From assembly GCA_009914755.4 (NCBI GenBank), contig CP068257.2, forward strand, positions 35,040,001 to 35,104,000: DNA of 64,000 nucleotides. The letters run 5' to 3'. The notes beneath the pieces are model-generated. The model worked only from the letters and a program-made list of their open reading frames with translations. It ran no database searches and had not been told where the DNA came from. Numbering within the stretch: position 1 is the first letter of the stretch; the number at the start of each line of letters is the position of its first letter. Position numbers and translations under genes: made by a program. The stretch is from the human T2T-CHM13v2.0 reference genome, Homo sapiens. This document shows positions 45,801 to 59,929 of this stretch, in pieces.

Positions 45801-48800
45801 GAGGTAGATAGTGCTGGGAAGAGGACAGGAGAGCACGGCTGACTTTGGACATGGGCTCGAAATTGATAACTTGATGAGTCTTGGAGGGTGGTTAAGATAA
45901 GCTCGGGGCTGGGGCAGCGCTGAGGTCTGATGGTCAGCCAGCCCTCCCCAAAGTGTGGCCCTCCGTTCTGGAGATAGGGGCTTTGGAAACTGCAAAAGCA
46001 TCCTGGCAGGCCAGCTCTGGTTGCTCCCTGGCCATAGCTGCTCTGACTACAGGCAGCAGGACGCAGGTCGGCCTCTGCCCATCGGAGGTCAGAGGCAGGG
46101 CCTCCAGCACCAGACTCAGCAGTGCCACTGCAAACCTGGCACAACAGGCTGGTCCCAGGACTCAGCTCAGTAGTGAAGTTGGAAACCAAGGTTGAGTCTC
46201 CCCATCTCCCTTTCCCCAACCCGAAAGACCCAAGATGGGTGTGGGTGAAAGAGGGAGAAAGAATTGCTACTCCAGAAACTGTCATTTGCCCACACGAAAC
46301 GAGGTGGGGTTCAAGGTCTGAACTCTTCCAGTGCCTGGGTGCCTTTGGGTTTAAATTCAGCTGCAGGTGCCCCCATCACCACTTCCACCTGAGCACACCA
46401 CGAGAAGCCAGGTTATCTTAGAAACTGTTTCCCGGAATCAAAGCGACTTGATTTGGAGAGTTGGGTGAGGAGAAACTCACCCCTATACCCCTCAGGGCGT
46501 CAGAGATGTGAGGCAATTCTCTACCTCCGCTGGAAAAAATGCAGATTTATTAAAGGTCGACTGTTTAGCAGAACAACGTAGATTTTTTACAACGCTTTCC
46601 CCGTCTCTGCTTTGAAGCCTGCCAGGCTGCAGCTGGGGATCCAGGAGGGAAAGCCCGCAGGCGCAGAGGGGACAATCCGGGAAGTGGTAAAGGGGACACC
46701 CGGGCACAGGGCCTGTGCTTTCGTTGCAGGCGAGGAAGTGGAGCGCGCGCTGCAGATTCAGCGCGGGGCTAGAGGAGGGGACCTGGATCCCTGAACCCCG
46801 GGGCGGAAAGGGAGCCTCCGGGCGGCTGTGGGTGCCGCGCTCCTCGGAGCCAGCAGCTGCTGGGGCGGCGTCCGAACTCCCCAGGTCTGCGCACGGCAAT
46901 GGGGGCACCGGGCCTTCTGTCTGTCCTCAGAATACGTAGGATACCCGCGGGCGACAAGCCGGGCCAGGCTAGGAGCCTCCTTCCCTGCCCCTCCCCATCG
47001 GCCGCGGGAGGCTTTCTTGGGGCGTCCCCACGACCACCCCCTTCTCACCCGGTCCCCAGTTTGGAAAAAGGCGCAAGAAGCGGGCTTTTCAGGGACCCCG
47101 GGGAGAACACGAGGGCTCCGACGCGGGAGAAGGATTGAAGCGTGCAGAGGCGCCCCAAATTGCGACAATTTACTGGGATCCTTTTGTGGGGAAAGGAGGC
47201 TTAGAGGCTCAAGCTATAGGCTGTCCTAGAGCAACTAGGCGAGAACCTGGCCCCAAACTCCCTCCTTACGCCCTGGCACAGGTTCCCGGCGACTGGTGTT
47301 CCCAAGGGAGCCCCCTGAGCCTACCGCCCTTGCAGGGGGTCGTGCTGCGGCTTCTGGGTCGTAAACGCCGAGGTCGGGGGTGGCGGAGCTGTAGAGGCTG
47401 CCCGCGCAGAAAGCTCCAGGATCCCAATATGTGCTTGCGTGGAGCAGGGAGCGGAAGAGGCAGCCGGTCCTCACCCTCCTCTCCCGCCACGCACATATCC
47501 TTCTTGACTTCGAAGTGGTTTGCAATCCGAAAGTGAGACCTTGAGTCCTCAGATGGCCGGCAACGCGCCGAGGTCACGCTCCCCAGAAACACCCCTCTCC
47601 CCTCCCCTACCCCAGCTCCCCCTGGGGCGGGTGGTAATTGGGGGAGGAGAGGCCGCAGGCAGGGAAGGGGTGGGAAAGCCAGAGAGGGAGGCACAAAGTG
47701 ATGGCAGCCCGGCAAACACTGGGGCTTCGGGCTGGGCCGCGCTCGTTTAATCCCACAAAAATCCCATTTTGGAGGTGAGAAATAGAGGTTAGAGGTCGGG
47801 CCCTTCTGGAGATCAGACCGAGGAGACGGGCCCAGCTGGCGTCTTAAAGCAAGGAGGGGGAGTCGGGAGGAGGTGAGACCCCTGCACCCAGGTGGGGCTC
47901 CCAAACCGTTCTGGATTTACCACACTCCCAGGTCCGATTTTCCATGGAGGGCTGGGGTTAGGGACTGGCACCTTCTTGTTGTTAACCGCATTTGATATTC
48001 ACAAGAACCCTGTGAGGAGACTTTGTCACCGTTTTTAGATGCCTGAGGTTGCCGGAGGGGCAGTGAGAGAATCGTCTAACCTGGTGTTCCTACCACAGTC
48101 CAGGCCCTGTGTCCTGGGCTGGACCCACAGCCCCTGCCACCACCCAGAGGAAGGCGCGAAGCTGGCTGCCTCCTTTACGGGTCTCCCTTAGGTGCCCTCA
48201 TGAAGGGGGACGGCCACCTCACAGTGCAGGAACTATCTCCCCGTTTGCTCCCAAATAGTCTTCTTGGTGTGGTGCTGTCTATGGTCTGTGACCTGCATCT
48301 GGAGTTACCCCCAGGACCAGCTTCGGAAGAGGAGGGATCGCTTGGAGGCCGTGCAGTGTGAGGAACGGCAGGCAGGGTGTGGGACCAACATGCACACACT
48401 CGCAGGTGCTGGGGCCAGGGAGGAATGAGGCGCTGGCTCCCTTTCTCTCCATTTCTCCCTGGGGGTCCCAGCAACCTGGCCATCCCTGACTTCCAACAGC
48501 ACAGCGTCCCCACAGGTCGTGCAGTGCTCTGCAGGGGTGCAGGGAGCTCCCCTCCCCCCAGCCGCAACCTCACCTTCCTCACCCCCACCCCTCCGGCAGG
48601 AAACCACAGGCTGGGTTGGGGACCCCTGGTGCTCCAAGAGAGCAGTGAGTGCTGGGAGCCGCTAACCCCGAGGCGCCTAGCACAGACTCTTCTCACCCCT
48701 TATTTCTGAAATAAAGCCCTTCCTTAGGTCCAGATGAGGACCACGTGCTCAGTGCCTCACTTTCGTGGGAGTGTATATCACTTTACAGTATCAAGACAAT

Positions 48801-51385
48801 TTTCTTTCGTTACAAATCTTTATTTAGTCTCTGCGTTTAGACCAAAGTAGATTTTTATGGGCTGAGTGAAAAAACCTCGCCCGCATTGGTTTCTGATGGA
48901 ACAGCTGGCAGCGCCACGGCCCCGGGTGGGGTGGCCTAGAGGCAGGGGTGCTTGGGAGGAACATCTAGCACCCGACCACCTCCACCAGGTGGGAAAGGGA
49001 CGTTTGCACCAAATCTCCGCCGGCAAAGCAGAGGCTTTGGGGAATTACAGAAAAACTATAATGATCTAAAAGAGAACAAGTTATCTTGAACTGTGCGGGT
49101 ATTTGAATCATACAGAAAATTGTCCTGTGTGCCCAATGCACTTTTGCATGTAGAGCCAGGGCCTTCGAGGAAGCTTTCAGGAGATCCCGGGCAGCGGAGT
49201 CTGGTCTGGAGTTTCATTTCCGTAGGTGCAGATTTCTCCCCAAGTCTTCCCGCCATGGGCTTTGCAAGAAGCCAGGGCCCAGAGGCCACGCTCACCGTTA
49301 ACACTGCACAGGGCAAAGGTGGCTCCAGGACAACTGCCCAACCCCAGGAACGACCCAGCAGCAGAGAAAAGGACAGCTGCCAGGGTGCCTTTGTCGCTTT
49401 TTGGAAATCAGAATTCCTGGGTCCTTAGTTAAGTCTTACTTCACCAAATCCCAGGACCTTCACATTTTGGTTCTTGCCATTGCTAACAGTTGTAAATGCT
49501 GCCGCCACGAGGCCTGGGAGGAAGGACCCGCTGGTGAGAGCACAGGGAGTGCTGCTGTGATCACGGTGGTGATGCGGGGTGAGCGCGATTTCCCGGGATT
49601 AAAAAGCCACCGCTGCCCCCGTGGTGGAGGCTGGGGGCCCCCGAATAATGAGCTGTGATTGTATTCCCGGGATCGTGTATGTGGAAATTAGCCACCTCCT
49701 CAGCCAGGATAAGCCCCTAATTCCTTGAGCCCAGGAGGAGAAATTAAAGGTCATCCCTTTTTAAATTGAGGAATAGTGGTTTTTTTTAACTTTTTTTTTT
49801 TTAGGTTTTTAGTTGCCGAATAGGGAAGGGTTTGCGAAGCCGCTGCCCTGGGCCGAGGTGCATTTTACGCTTCCAGAGGTCGAGGCCTCCAGAGACCGCG
49901 ATGCCCAGGGCGTTCCCGGGGAGGCTGAGAGACCCAGGGTGCTCTGGGTGACTGCACGGCGACTCCTCGGGAACCCACTCGTGGCTGCCCGCTTGGAAGG
50001 GCTTTGCGGCCCCGGGAACGATCTCCAGGATCTCCACGGCTGGTCAGGTTCCCCGTCCCTCGTATCCCGCGCTGCCCGGGGGCTCCTGCCTTTGGTTCAG
50101 TGCTCGCGGCACCACCGCACTCAGGACGGCAGTGGGGGGCTGGGGCTGGGGCTGGGCCTGGCCCGCAGTTCCTGGGGTGGGGAGCGGGCATCGTGGGTTG
50201 GGGCGGGGGACGCGCCAGCAGCGCCCGCAGCTCGCCCCGCAGGGGTCGCAGCCAGGGGTCGGGAGCTAGGCTCGTGGGCCGGGAGACGCCGGGCGCGTTG
50301 TCCTCCGGGGAGGTTGGGGTGCAGGCGGTGCACCGACCCTCGCCATCTGGCGCTGCAGCCACCAGCCACGGCGCTTAGTGGAGGGTCTGCGGCCAGGCTC
50401 CCGGCGGAAAGATTCCGGGGAGGGCTCGGGGGTTGTCCCAGCCCGCGCTAAGCGCCGCAGCCTCGCCCGGCTTTCCTGCTTCCTCGGACTGTGCAGGGGA
50501 AGCCTGGGGTCTCGCGGGGCGCAGCAGTCAGGTCGAGGGTGCAGCAGGAGGGGAGTCCTGACGGGCAGGTCCCTCTTTCCCCTGGTGCGCAACACTGGTT
50601 GGTAGCTTTTGCGGAGGTGGTGAAGAAGGGCAGGAGGCCTGTTGAGCGGAGGAGTCGGGGGATCCCTAATTATGTGACAGGAGACCCTTTCCAGTTCGGC
50701 CTGTGGCCCATCCCTCTCTCACCGCCGGCAGATTGGAGTCTGCTCTCGGGGAGCCCCCAGGTAAACCCCTCACAGGGAGAAGGTTTCGGATTGGAAGGAG
50801 GACCGCGCTCGTGGGGCGCCTGTGAGAGCTGGGAAGCCCAAGGGGTAGCGTGTAGGGGGTTTTTTATGCGGGAGGAGCTGCCTCCTGGGCGGCGGGGACT
50901 TTCTGTCTCAGCCTGTCTGCCTTTGGGAAAACAAGGAGTTGCCGGAGAAGCAGGGAAAGAAAGGAGGGAGGGAAGGAGGGTCCTTGGGGGAATATTTGCG
51001 GGTCAAATCGATATCCCCGTTTGGCCACGAGAATGGCGATTTCAAAGCAGATTAGATTACTTTGTGGCATTTCAAATAAAACGGCAATTTCAGGGCCATG
51101 AGCACGTGGGCGACCCGCGGGAGCTGTGGGCCTGGCAGGCTCGCACAGGCGCCCGGGCTGCCGGCCGCTGCGGGGATTTCTCCCCCAGCCTTTTCTTTTT
51201 AACAGAGGGCAAAGGGGCGACGGCGAGAGCACAGATGGCGGCTGCGGAGCCGGGGAGGCGGCGGGGAGACGCGCGGGACTCGTGGGGAGGGCTGGCAGGG
51301 TGCAGGGGTTCCGCGTGACCTGCCCGGCTCCCAGGCATCGGGCTGGGCGCTGCAGTTTACCGATTTGCTTTCGTCCCTCGTCCAG

Positions 51386-51468
51386 GTTTAGGAGACGCGT
51401 GGGGACAGCCGAGCCGCGCCGGGCCCCTGGACGGCGTCGCCAAGGAGCTGGGATCGCACTTGCTGCAG
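51386..51468 (+). CDS. SIM2: SIM2 coding exon 2 (83 nt, phase 1)
   Basis: Acceptor tcgtccctcgtccag|GTTTAGG; donor CTGCAG|gtagag. Joined to exon 1 it reads G LGDAWGQPSRAGPLDGVAKELGSHLLQ, matching SIM2. Confidence 0.88.
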
Positions 51469-51921
51469 GTAGAGCGGCCGCGCCGGGGGAGGAGGGCAGC
51501 CGCCGCAGGCTCCCTTCCCACCCCGCCACCCCAGCCTCCAGGCGTCCCTTCCCCAGGAGCGCCAGGCAGATCCAGAGGCTGCCGGGGGCTGGGGATGGGG
51601 TGGTCCCCACTGCGGAGGGATGGACGCTTAGCATGTCGGATGCGGCCTGCGGCCAACCCTACCCTAACCCTACGTCTGCCCCCACACCCCGCCGAAGGCC
51701 CCAGGACTCCCCAGGCCACCTGAGACCTACGCCAGGGGCGCCTCCCGAGCGTGGTCAAGTGCTTTCCAATCTCACTTCCCTCAGCAGGTTCCACCCAGCG
51801 CTTGCTCTGTGCCAGGCGCCAGGGCTGGAGCAGCAGAAATGATTGGGCTGCTCTGAGCTCTGAAGCATTCGGCCGCTGTGTGTGTGCAAGGGGCGCAAGG
51901 ACGGAGAGACAGCATCAATAA

Positions 51922-52329
<408 letters not shown>

Positions 52330-54718
52330 TTGATTCTGTTTTTAACTCCATTTTTTAGAGGAGGAAATTGAGGCACAGAGAGGTTAAATAACATGTCTAA
52401 GGTCACACAGCAAGGGGTGGAGCGGAGTTAGCCCACTGGCCTAGCTCTAGAGCCCACCCGGATAACCAGAACTTGGTGAGGCCTCCGGGCTCTTGCTTGG
52501 TTTGGAGCCAGGTGCTTAGCGCCCCGAGCCCGGGGCCATTCACCCTGCAGGAGCTGCACGCGCCCCTGACCTCGGCTTTTCCCTGGCAGCAGAGGGGCTT
52601 TGCGGGTCGGCCGGGTAGCCCTGAGCACAGCTCGCCACTTCCAGGTGGGCTGTTGGCGCTGGCTGGGGACACATCCCGATCTTTCAAATGCCCTTTACAG
52701 AGCCTCATCAACGACCCGATTCATTCCCCTCTCCTGTCATTTGTCTCTGCCATCGAAAAATGCCTACCGAGAGCTGCTCTGCATTTCCGCCCTCTATTTT
52801 GTGTTTTACTTTAAAATAATAATAAAAAAAAATGTTGGCTGCAGGACGCCATGACTTAGGTCAGCGAGTCAGCCGCTAGCTCTGCATTTCCAAAAAGCAG
52901 ATCTTTTCACAACTCTCTTGCCCCAAGTGCCCTGGTGTGGTTTATTTTTTAAAATGCATGCCTGCGGAAGAGAAGACCCGGGGAATATTCGAAACCCCGA
53001 GCTTTTACAACATAAAGCGCATGGTGTGGCCGCGGCGGGTAATGGCGCTCTGGGAGCCCTGCCCAGGCGGCCTCTGCTCGCCCTCCTCCACTTCCAGCTC
53101 CGAGCTGGGTGTGTTGCAAGTTTCATACTCCTACATATTATAAGTGACACTAATATCAGGGACAACTAAGTGCTGGGGAACTTCAATGAAAACCTGGCTG
53201 GTAAAGTCAACACCCCCAGACTTCTCTGTGCTACATTTCTTTAATTAATTCCGGAGTGGTGTGTGGACGGGCGTCTTTGCAGTTATTATACACGTAAGTG
53301 AATTAGGCCATTTGAAGCTACGAAGTCATACCCAACATTTTCCATTAAGAATATTATTTTTTTAGCTACTGCTGGCAACTTTTAGAATTTAATTATGATA
53401 ATTTTCCTCTTTTCCTCATTATCCCAGATATGGCTGGTTGTGAGATACTTTTTCACTAAATGTGTCTTTTTAATGATTTTGGAATTAAGCAAGTATGCCA
53501 AATGCGCCAAGACATTTATAACTTTAGAAATTGCTGTATAGTATATATTTTTGGAACACCACAGGTTTAGTTGGGAAAATATTTTGCAGCTGAGTTAGAA
53601 ACTTGAAAGTTAGGCTTATAATCAAGATGCTGATTTTCAACCTTAGCATCGGGGAAGGTAATGATAGTTTAGTTGGCAAAGACTTTTTGCAGCAAACTGT
53701 ATTTGAGACAGCAGAATCCAAGGATATCTTTCAAGATTCACTTATACTACATTCTTTTTAGCCCCCTCTCTAGGGGTGGAGGGGGTGGCTTAGAAAAACC
53801 AAAGGTAATCTGGTTTCAATTACATGCTGTAAAAATAGAATTTGTGGCCAGAAATTAATTTGGAATATTTTTTATGGGGGCAACATTGTGGGTTGTATGA
53901 GTCTTTCACCAACTTTATTGCTTTTCTTTGGTTCTGGATCTAAAATATGAATGAGTAAATAAAATACAGTTTCCTTTTTCAAAAATAATTTAGTCTTTTT
54001 ATCCTTGACACATAAATATAATCATTACCTTTTTATTTGTCTTAATTACCTCTTATAGTTTTACTTTATTTTTGAGGGTTAGCCAACTTAGGAAAAATCA
54101 GAATTTCATTTGGGTAGTTTTCATTTTTCAGAAGTTGATACTTTTCCTCCTTGAATTTTGCAAAGGTTATTTGATCTCTTGCAAAATCTAAATAATTAAT
54201 TCTGTAGACATAGTCTGGTAAAATAACCAGGTATTTTGTTTTATTTTCTGGGCAGTGGTAGTGTTCGGAATTTATTATTCCAACGGTACTTAGAGGTAAC
54301 TAGAAAATTGTGGCAAATAAAGCATATGTCCTAGTGGTATAAATGACTGCCAATTATGACATAAAATGGTCTATATAGTGGTAGATTTTCCCCTAAGTAC
54401 CATAGAACTCCGGATTTGTACTAAGTGCTAAAATAACCCCAAACAATAAAGCTACTACGTTTAACCTGAGCTTGATAGGAATTCTCAAATGTTTTGCATG
54501 ATTTTTGTGATGTGGATGTATGATTGTTTCTAAAGTGCTTTAAAAGCATTTCAGAGCCTGGCCTGGGAACTAAACCCTGGGTGCTGTTTCCTACAGTCCT
54601 TTTTAAGACCCTGGGCTTCATTTTTGCATTTAGCAAGTATGTGTTGATGGTCATATTTGATGCATCCCTCCATCCCAGTGACTGTACCATTGTTAGATTT
54701 AACTCTAATGTAGAATGA

Positions 54719-54853
<135 letters not shown>

Positions 54854-56258
54854 TAATTTTATGTGCAACCAAAATATTAAACGAAGTGACAGCAGATTTT
54901 GACAGCCTCACCCAACTTGAAAATGAGTCTGTTTAAGTGTTTGCTTTTGTGTAAGAACATAACCCTAAATTGCAAAATCCTCTTCTCAGGACATCCTGCA
55001 GGGGTTTTCTTCTCCATATTACGTTTTACTTTTTTACTTTCTTTTTCCCTTGGGGTTTCATGACCAGTGTGTCTTCACCCCGTCAGCCTTGTTCCGAGAT
55101 TCTGCCAAAACCCGGACTATCTGCTTATGTAGTAATGCTAGATGCCCTGAAAAGAGCTCCACAAAGGGACATGTTTCAGTCCACACTTGCTGGTCTGCAC
55201 GTTACGGTATTATGAGTTGCTATAAAGCAAGAGGTAAGCTGATGTGGAACATGGATTTTATGCAGAATGTTCTTTGGGGAGAGAGAATGGGGAGGGGTAG
55301 ATTTATGAGTGTTCGCATGGAATTCGGGGTCATTTTTCCTGACTTTTTCCAGTTCAGTGGTCATTTCAGCAAAGCATTTTATATGCTTGTGATAGAAACT
55401 CATAAAACTCAGTTTACTACTGTTTTGAACAGCAAGGTTTCTTTAGAACATCTGAATATTACCAATTTTTCTGGAAAGATGGAATCATCTTCTTAAAAAA
55501 GTCCACCGTTTCCTTAGAGGAAAGAGGGGGACTCAGCTTTGTCTCTCCCTGGCAAGCCAAGGGTTTGATGGGGGATTTGGGGGCTCCCTGGGCCCATTGA
55601 ATGTCTGAAAGGGGATAGTGTAACTGATCATTCTCATTCACATGCCTGACTTAACAAATGCGGATCATGATTTTAAAAGTCACATTTTAAACTACATATA
55701 GGGACTAAATATTTCTTCACATTGTGTACTATCAGAGTGATTTTTCACCGTGACTGAAGACACACTAGAATTAATGATAGATACAGAGGATGGGTTCCAG
55801 AGAGGCCCATATTGAATTTGAATTACACCTGCCTCCTAATGTAGTTAAGCCAAAATAAAACATGCCGATTAATGTGGCTTCAGTTTGCTCATTGAAAAAC
55901 AAAATGACCACATTTGGCAAACTGCATCTGGTGTATTCCTTTTATTTTTCTGCCAATACTTTTTTTTATAAGCTTGCTATTTATTTACATCCTTCTCTTC
56001 TGATGTATGGATATCCTTATCCAGATCCACATGGGTTTATGTAACTCTGTGTTTCTCAGGCAAAACCCTTTAAAATGAATTACATATTAAAATGATATGG
56101 AAGTTTTTCTCTTCCTCTTCTCTGCTTTTATCAAACCAAGTCTCCCAAATACAGTTTACTAAGGCTTGGCACTTGTGCCTATGTGACTCATGGGATTAGT
56201 GTACTTGTAGAATGGGAACTACTGTTGGGAACAGGAAATTTACTATTTTCCATAATTA

Positions 56259-56338
56259 TTAGGTTGATGCAAAAGTAAATGCGGTCTTTCCATTACTTTT
56301 AATGGCAATGACCGCAATTACCTTTGCACCAACCTACT
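56259..56338. mobile_element. MADE1, an 80-bp mariner-derived palindromic MITE, in intron 3
   Basis: ttaggttgatgcaaaagtaaatgcggtctttccattacttttaatggcaatgaccgcaattacctttgcaccaacctac. This is an inverted-repeat structure matching the MADE1 consensus TTAGGTTGGTGCAAAAGTAATTGCGG...CCGCAATTACTTTTGCACCAACCTAA. It is flanked by TA. Confidence 0.85.
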
Positions 56339-59300
56339 ATTATTATTCTCTGAATTTTTATCTTGCCCTATTTAGAATCATGCAGGGCCCTTAAGTTGTA
56401 CCCAGACTAGTTTCTACTTCTGACTTGGCCCAATTACTTACCTTTTTTAGTCATTTAGAAAACCTTTCATAGTCTTACAGTAATGTCACAAACACAACAA
56501 AACATTTCACACACTTTTAAAGATGACTGATCAAAAATCTTTTAAAATAGGTAAAGTCACTGTTATCAAATATTAAATTTAGATCTGAGCTCCCTAGCAG
56601 TCAAAGCAAAAAGGGAAATGTATTCAGTTATAGAGTTTTTATTGTCTGATAGGGCAGGTTCTTTAACCTACTTGAACCATGTAACTTAAATAGTAAAATC
56701 ATGCCTGCTCTATCTGTCTTTAAGGATCGTGGTGAGAAAGGGATCAAAATGCCTATTTCATGTGATTTACAAACTACAGGGGGCAACACAAAATCCAGGC
56801 ATACCCACAGTTTCATTTGAGCAAACTTGCTTTCAGTAGAGTCCTTTGGGGGCTCCTATTAGGGCTGCTTGGTCATTTGGAATGTCCTGGCCCATCAGGA
56901 GGTACTGTGCACATCCCAAGAGATCCGGTGCATTCAGTCAGGCCGTCCAAGTTAGCCTCTCTGTGTTATTTTTCTCTTTTTATGTGGAAAATAGAATTGA
57001 TTGATTATAAACACAATAATTAAGAAGGACCAAAATATTGGATAGGTGACAAATCTGCCTCCGGTTCATGATCGGCTCCACGGAAGGAAATCCAGGCAGC
57101 CTCACAAGTTGAAGTACTCTATTTCCTCATGATCATAATGCAGCAGGAAAACTTTGCATCATAATTTTGAGAGAGGAGAGGGGTTAGGCACTACCATTTT
57201 CTAAGAAAGTTGTAGAGATACATACATTGTCTCTTTCTCTCCAGTAGAAGTGATAGTTTCTAAAAAGATAAGTCAAACTGATCATTTGCATAGAGCAACT
57301 GATTTTTTCTGATTTCTCTGCGGGGCTGTGTTAGCATCAGTTCACAGCTACAAAAACACTTTAGTGCCAAGTGCCCTCTTTGTCGGTGTCTAGGGAGCGT
57401 TCCACGGTGAACTGTTTAAATAAGCAACAACTTTTCTCTCAAATCTTCCCCCTGTTCATGATTAACTCCATAGAAGGAAATCTAGGCAGAATCACAATGT
57501 GTATTTTTTTCTGTCTTCTTTACTTAAATAGTAAAATAAAGTATTGAATAGGATGTCAAGTACCCAACTGGTCTTTTAAACATTTTTGCACCTTTTAGAT
57601 TATTTTTTAAAAGTCAGGCAAATGTATCAAGCATGAGACCTTTATTAAAATGGGCTTAAACATTTTTTTTAAGTCATGAGAGATAAAAGTGTTAATAAAA
57701 TTTTACCCAGTAGTCAGAGTAACCTTTTAAAAAGAATTTCTGATGAATAACGATAGTAGTAATAGCTGATACATGCTGCTCTTTTGTGTTCCAAAAACTT
57801 TCAATTACCTTCAATGACATTATCTTATTAAGTAAAGATGTCTTTCATGTTGATTCAGTGTTAAACTTTATGTTAAAAGATCATAGAGAATGTAAGCCCC
57901 TAGATCTGCTATAATTGTGTGGAAATTCACTACAAAGTGATTTTTTGTTTTGTTTTGTTTTTGGTCTAACCTCTACTAAATGACTATCCAAATTCTTTAT
58001 TTGAGGGTATGGAAATGATTCTTTATGGGTTATAAGCCCATCCCCATTCCAAGTCTTTTATTAAGCCTTATTTGAACAAGTGTTGAAATAAATCTGCTTC
58101 GTATGGCAGAGCTAAAATTTTAGTTTTTTTTTTGTTTACACTAGTAAACAAGTGATTGTTGCTGCCAAACTTTGGTACTAAAACAATGACAGAGACAACC
58201 ATAAAATGCCAGTTGTCTCCTCAGCCCAGGGTCCAAGTGTTAGGCAGTAGAGAGGCAGGCTTTCAGCCTGAAAACTCCCGTTGGTGGGCACACTCGCACA
58301 CGTGTCCACACACAAAGCATCTAGACAAGTTTCTATCTACGTGGATGAGGTAGAGTTGGGGCAGCAATGTTTTTCCATGCGTGTTTACTAAATGATTTAG
58401 TTCCATGTGCTGTTTTGGTTAATGCAATTATTTTACTTTTATTTAGGGAGGAGGAAGAAAAATCCCCATGTAAAAATGTAGCTGCTGTATACATTTTTAA
58501 GTATCCTTGGGTTAAGTTTCCTCACCAACATTTCACACAGTTATATAGCATCTAGGTAACTAGTATACATGTTCAAATAAATATACGTATGTAAGAAATA
58601 GCTATTTATGAGAACATAAAAGAATGTCTTATTTGAGATTGTGGCCAGAAACAACCATAAACATATCGATGATGTTGTTTGGAGGTACAAGACCTAATCC
58701 TTTCACTTTTGAAATAAAGACAAAAGACAACATAATTATGTTTGTTGACATAACTTGAACCCTGAAACCCAAACCATCTTGTTTTAAAATCCTTAATTTA
58801 CCATACTCAGCAAAACACCCCAGAGTAACGTGCATTTTCAGAGTGCCAAGCAACTCTCCCCTTCCACACAGAATATATGCATTTAGTGCTGTATTTATCA
58901 TGTGTAGGTTTCTTGGCAAGAAGAAAAGCTATTCAGCAAAACATAAAAAAGCTCTTAGTAGGAAAGCTATCCATTTTGTAGTTAGCAGGGTTTTGCAAAT
59001 ACTAAAATATCACATGGAAGGTCTGTTTTAATAAGGCTGATGCATGAGACCCAGGGAGTTTTATAGCGACAACCATAATTTTTTTTTTTTTGTGAGGTAG
59101 TCACATTTCTCTCAGTGTTCAAAAGCGTGGATAGATACGTAAATACAGGAAACACCATGTCAACCATAATTTTGACTTAAGGTCAGGACTGTTTTATCAT
59201 TCCAAAATTTGTTCTGTAAAGACATTTCCGTTATTTGAAGGCTGTTTCACTTCCTAGACAGCTCTGGAGTTTTCCCGTTCGTTTTGTCACAGACTCGAGC

Positions 59301-59617
59301 CTTCAGAAAACCAAGCCTTTCATCTGTGCAACCTCACCCTTCTCATTCTTCAAAAGCATGTGTTGAGAACGGGAACTCTGAAAACATAAGAACCTACTCT
59401 GGGATTAAAACGCAAATCTAACCCTTAATAAGCACAGATGGAAGGTCTTTCTGCAAGGAGGTAAAGTTGTTTCCCGAAAACACATCAGTTACTTTTTTCC
59501 AGAAAAGAACTTCGAGCAAACCAGAATTATTCTTTTTCCCTGAAAACATGGGGAAGGGAGAAACGATAGGCCAATATAACATTTCTCTATTTTGTTATTT
59601 TTTCATTTTTAAAATAA

Positions 59618-59929
<312 letters not shown>

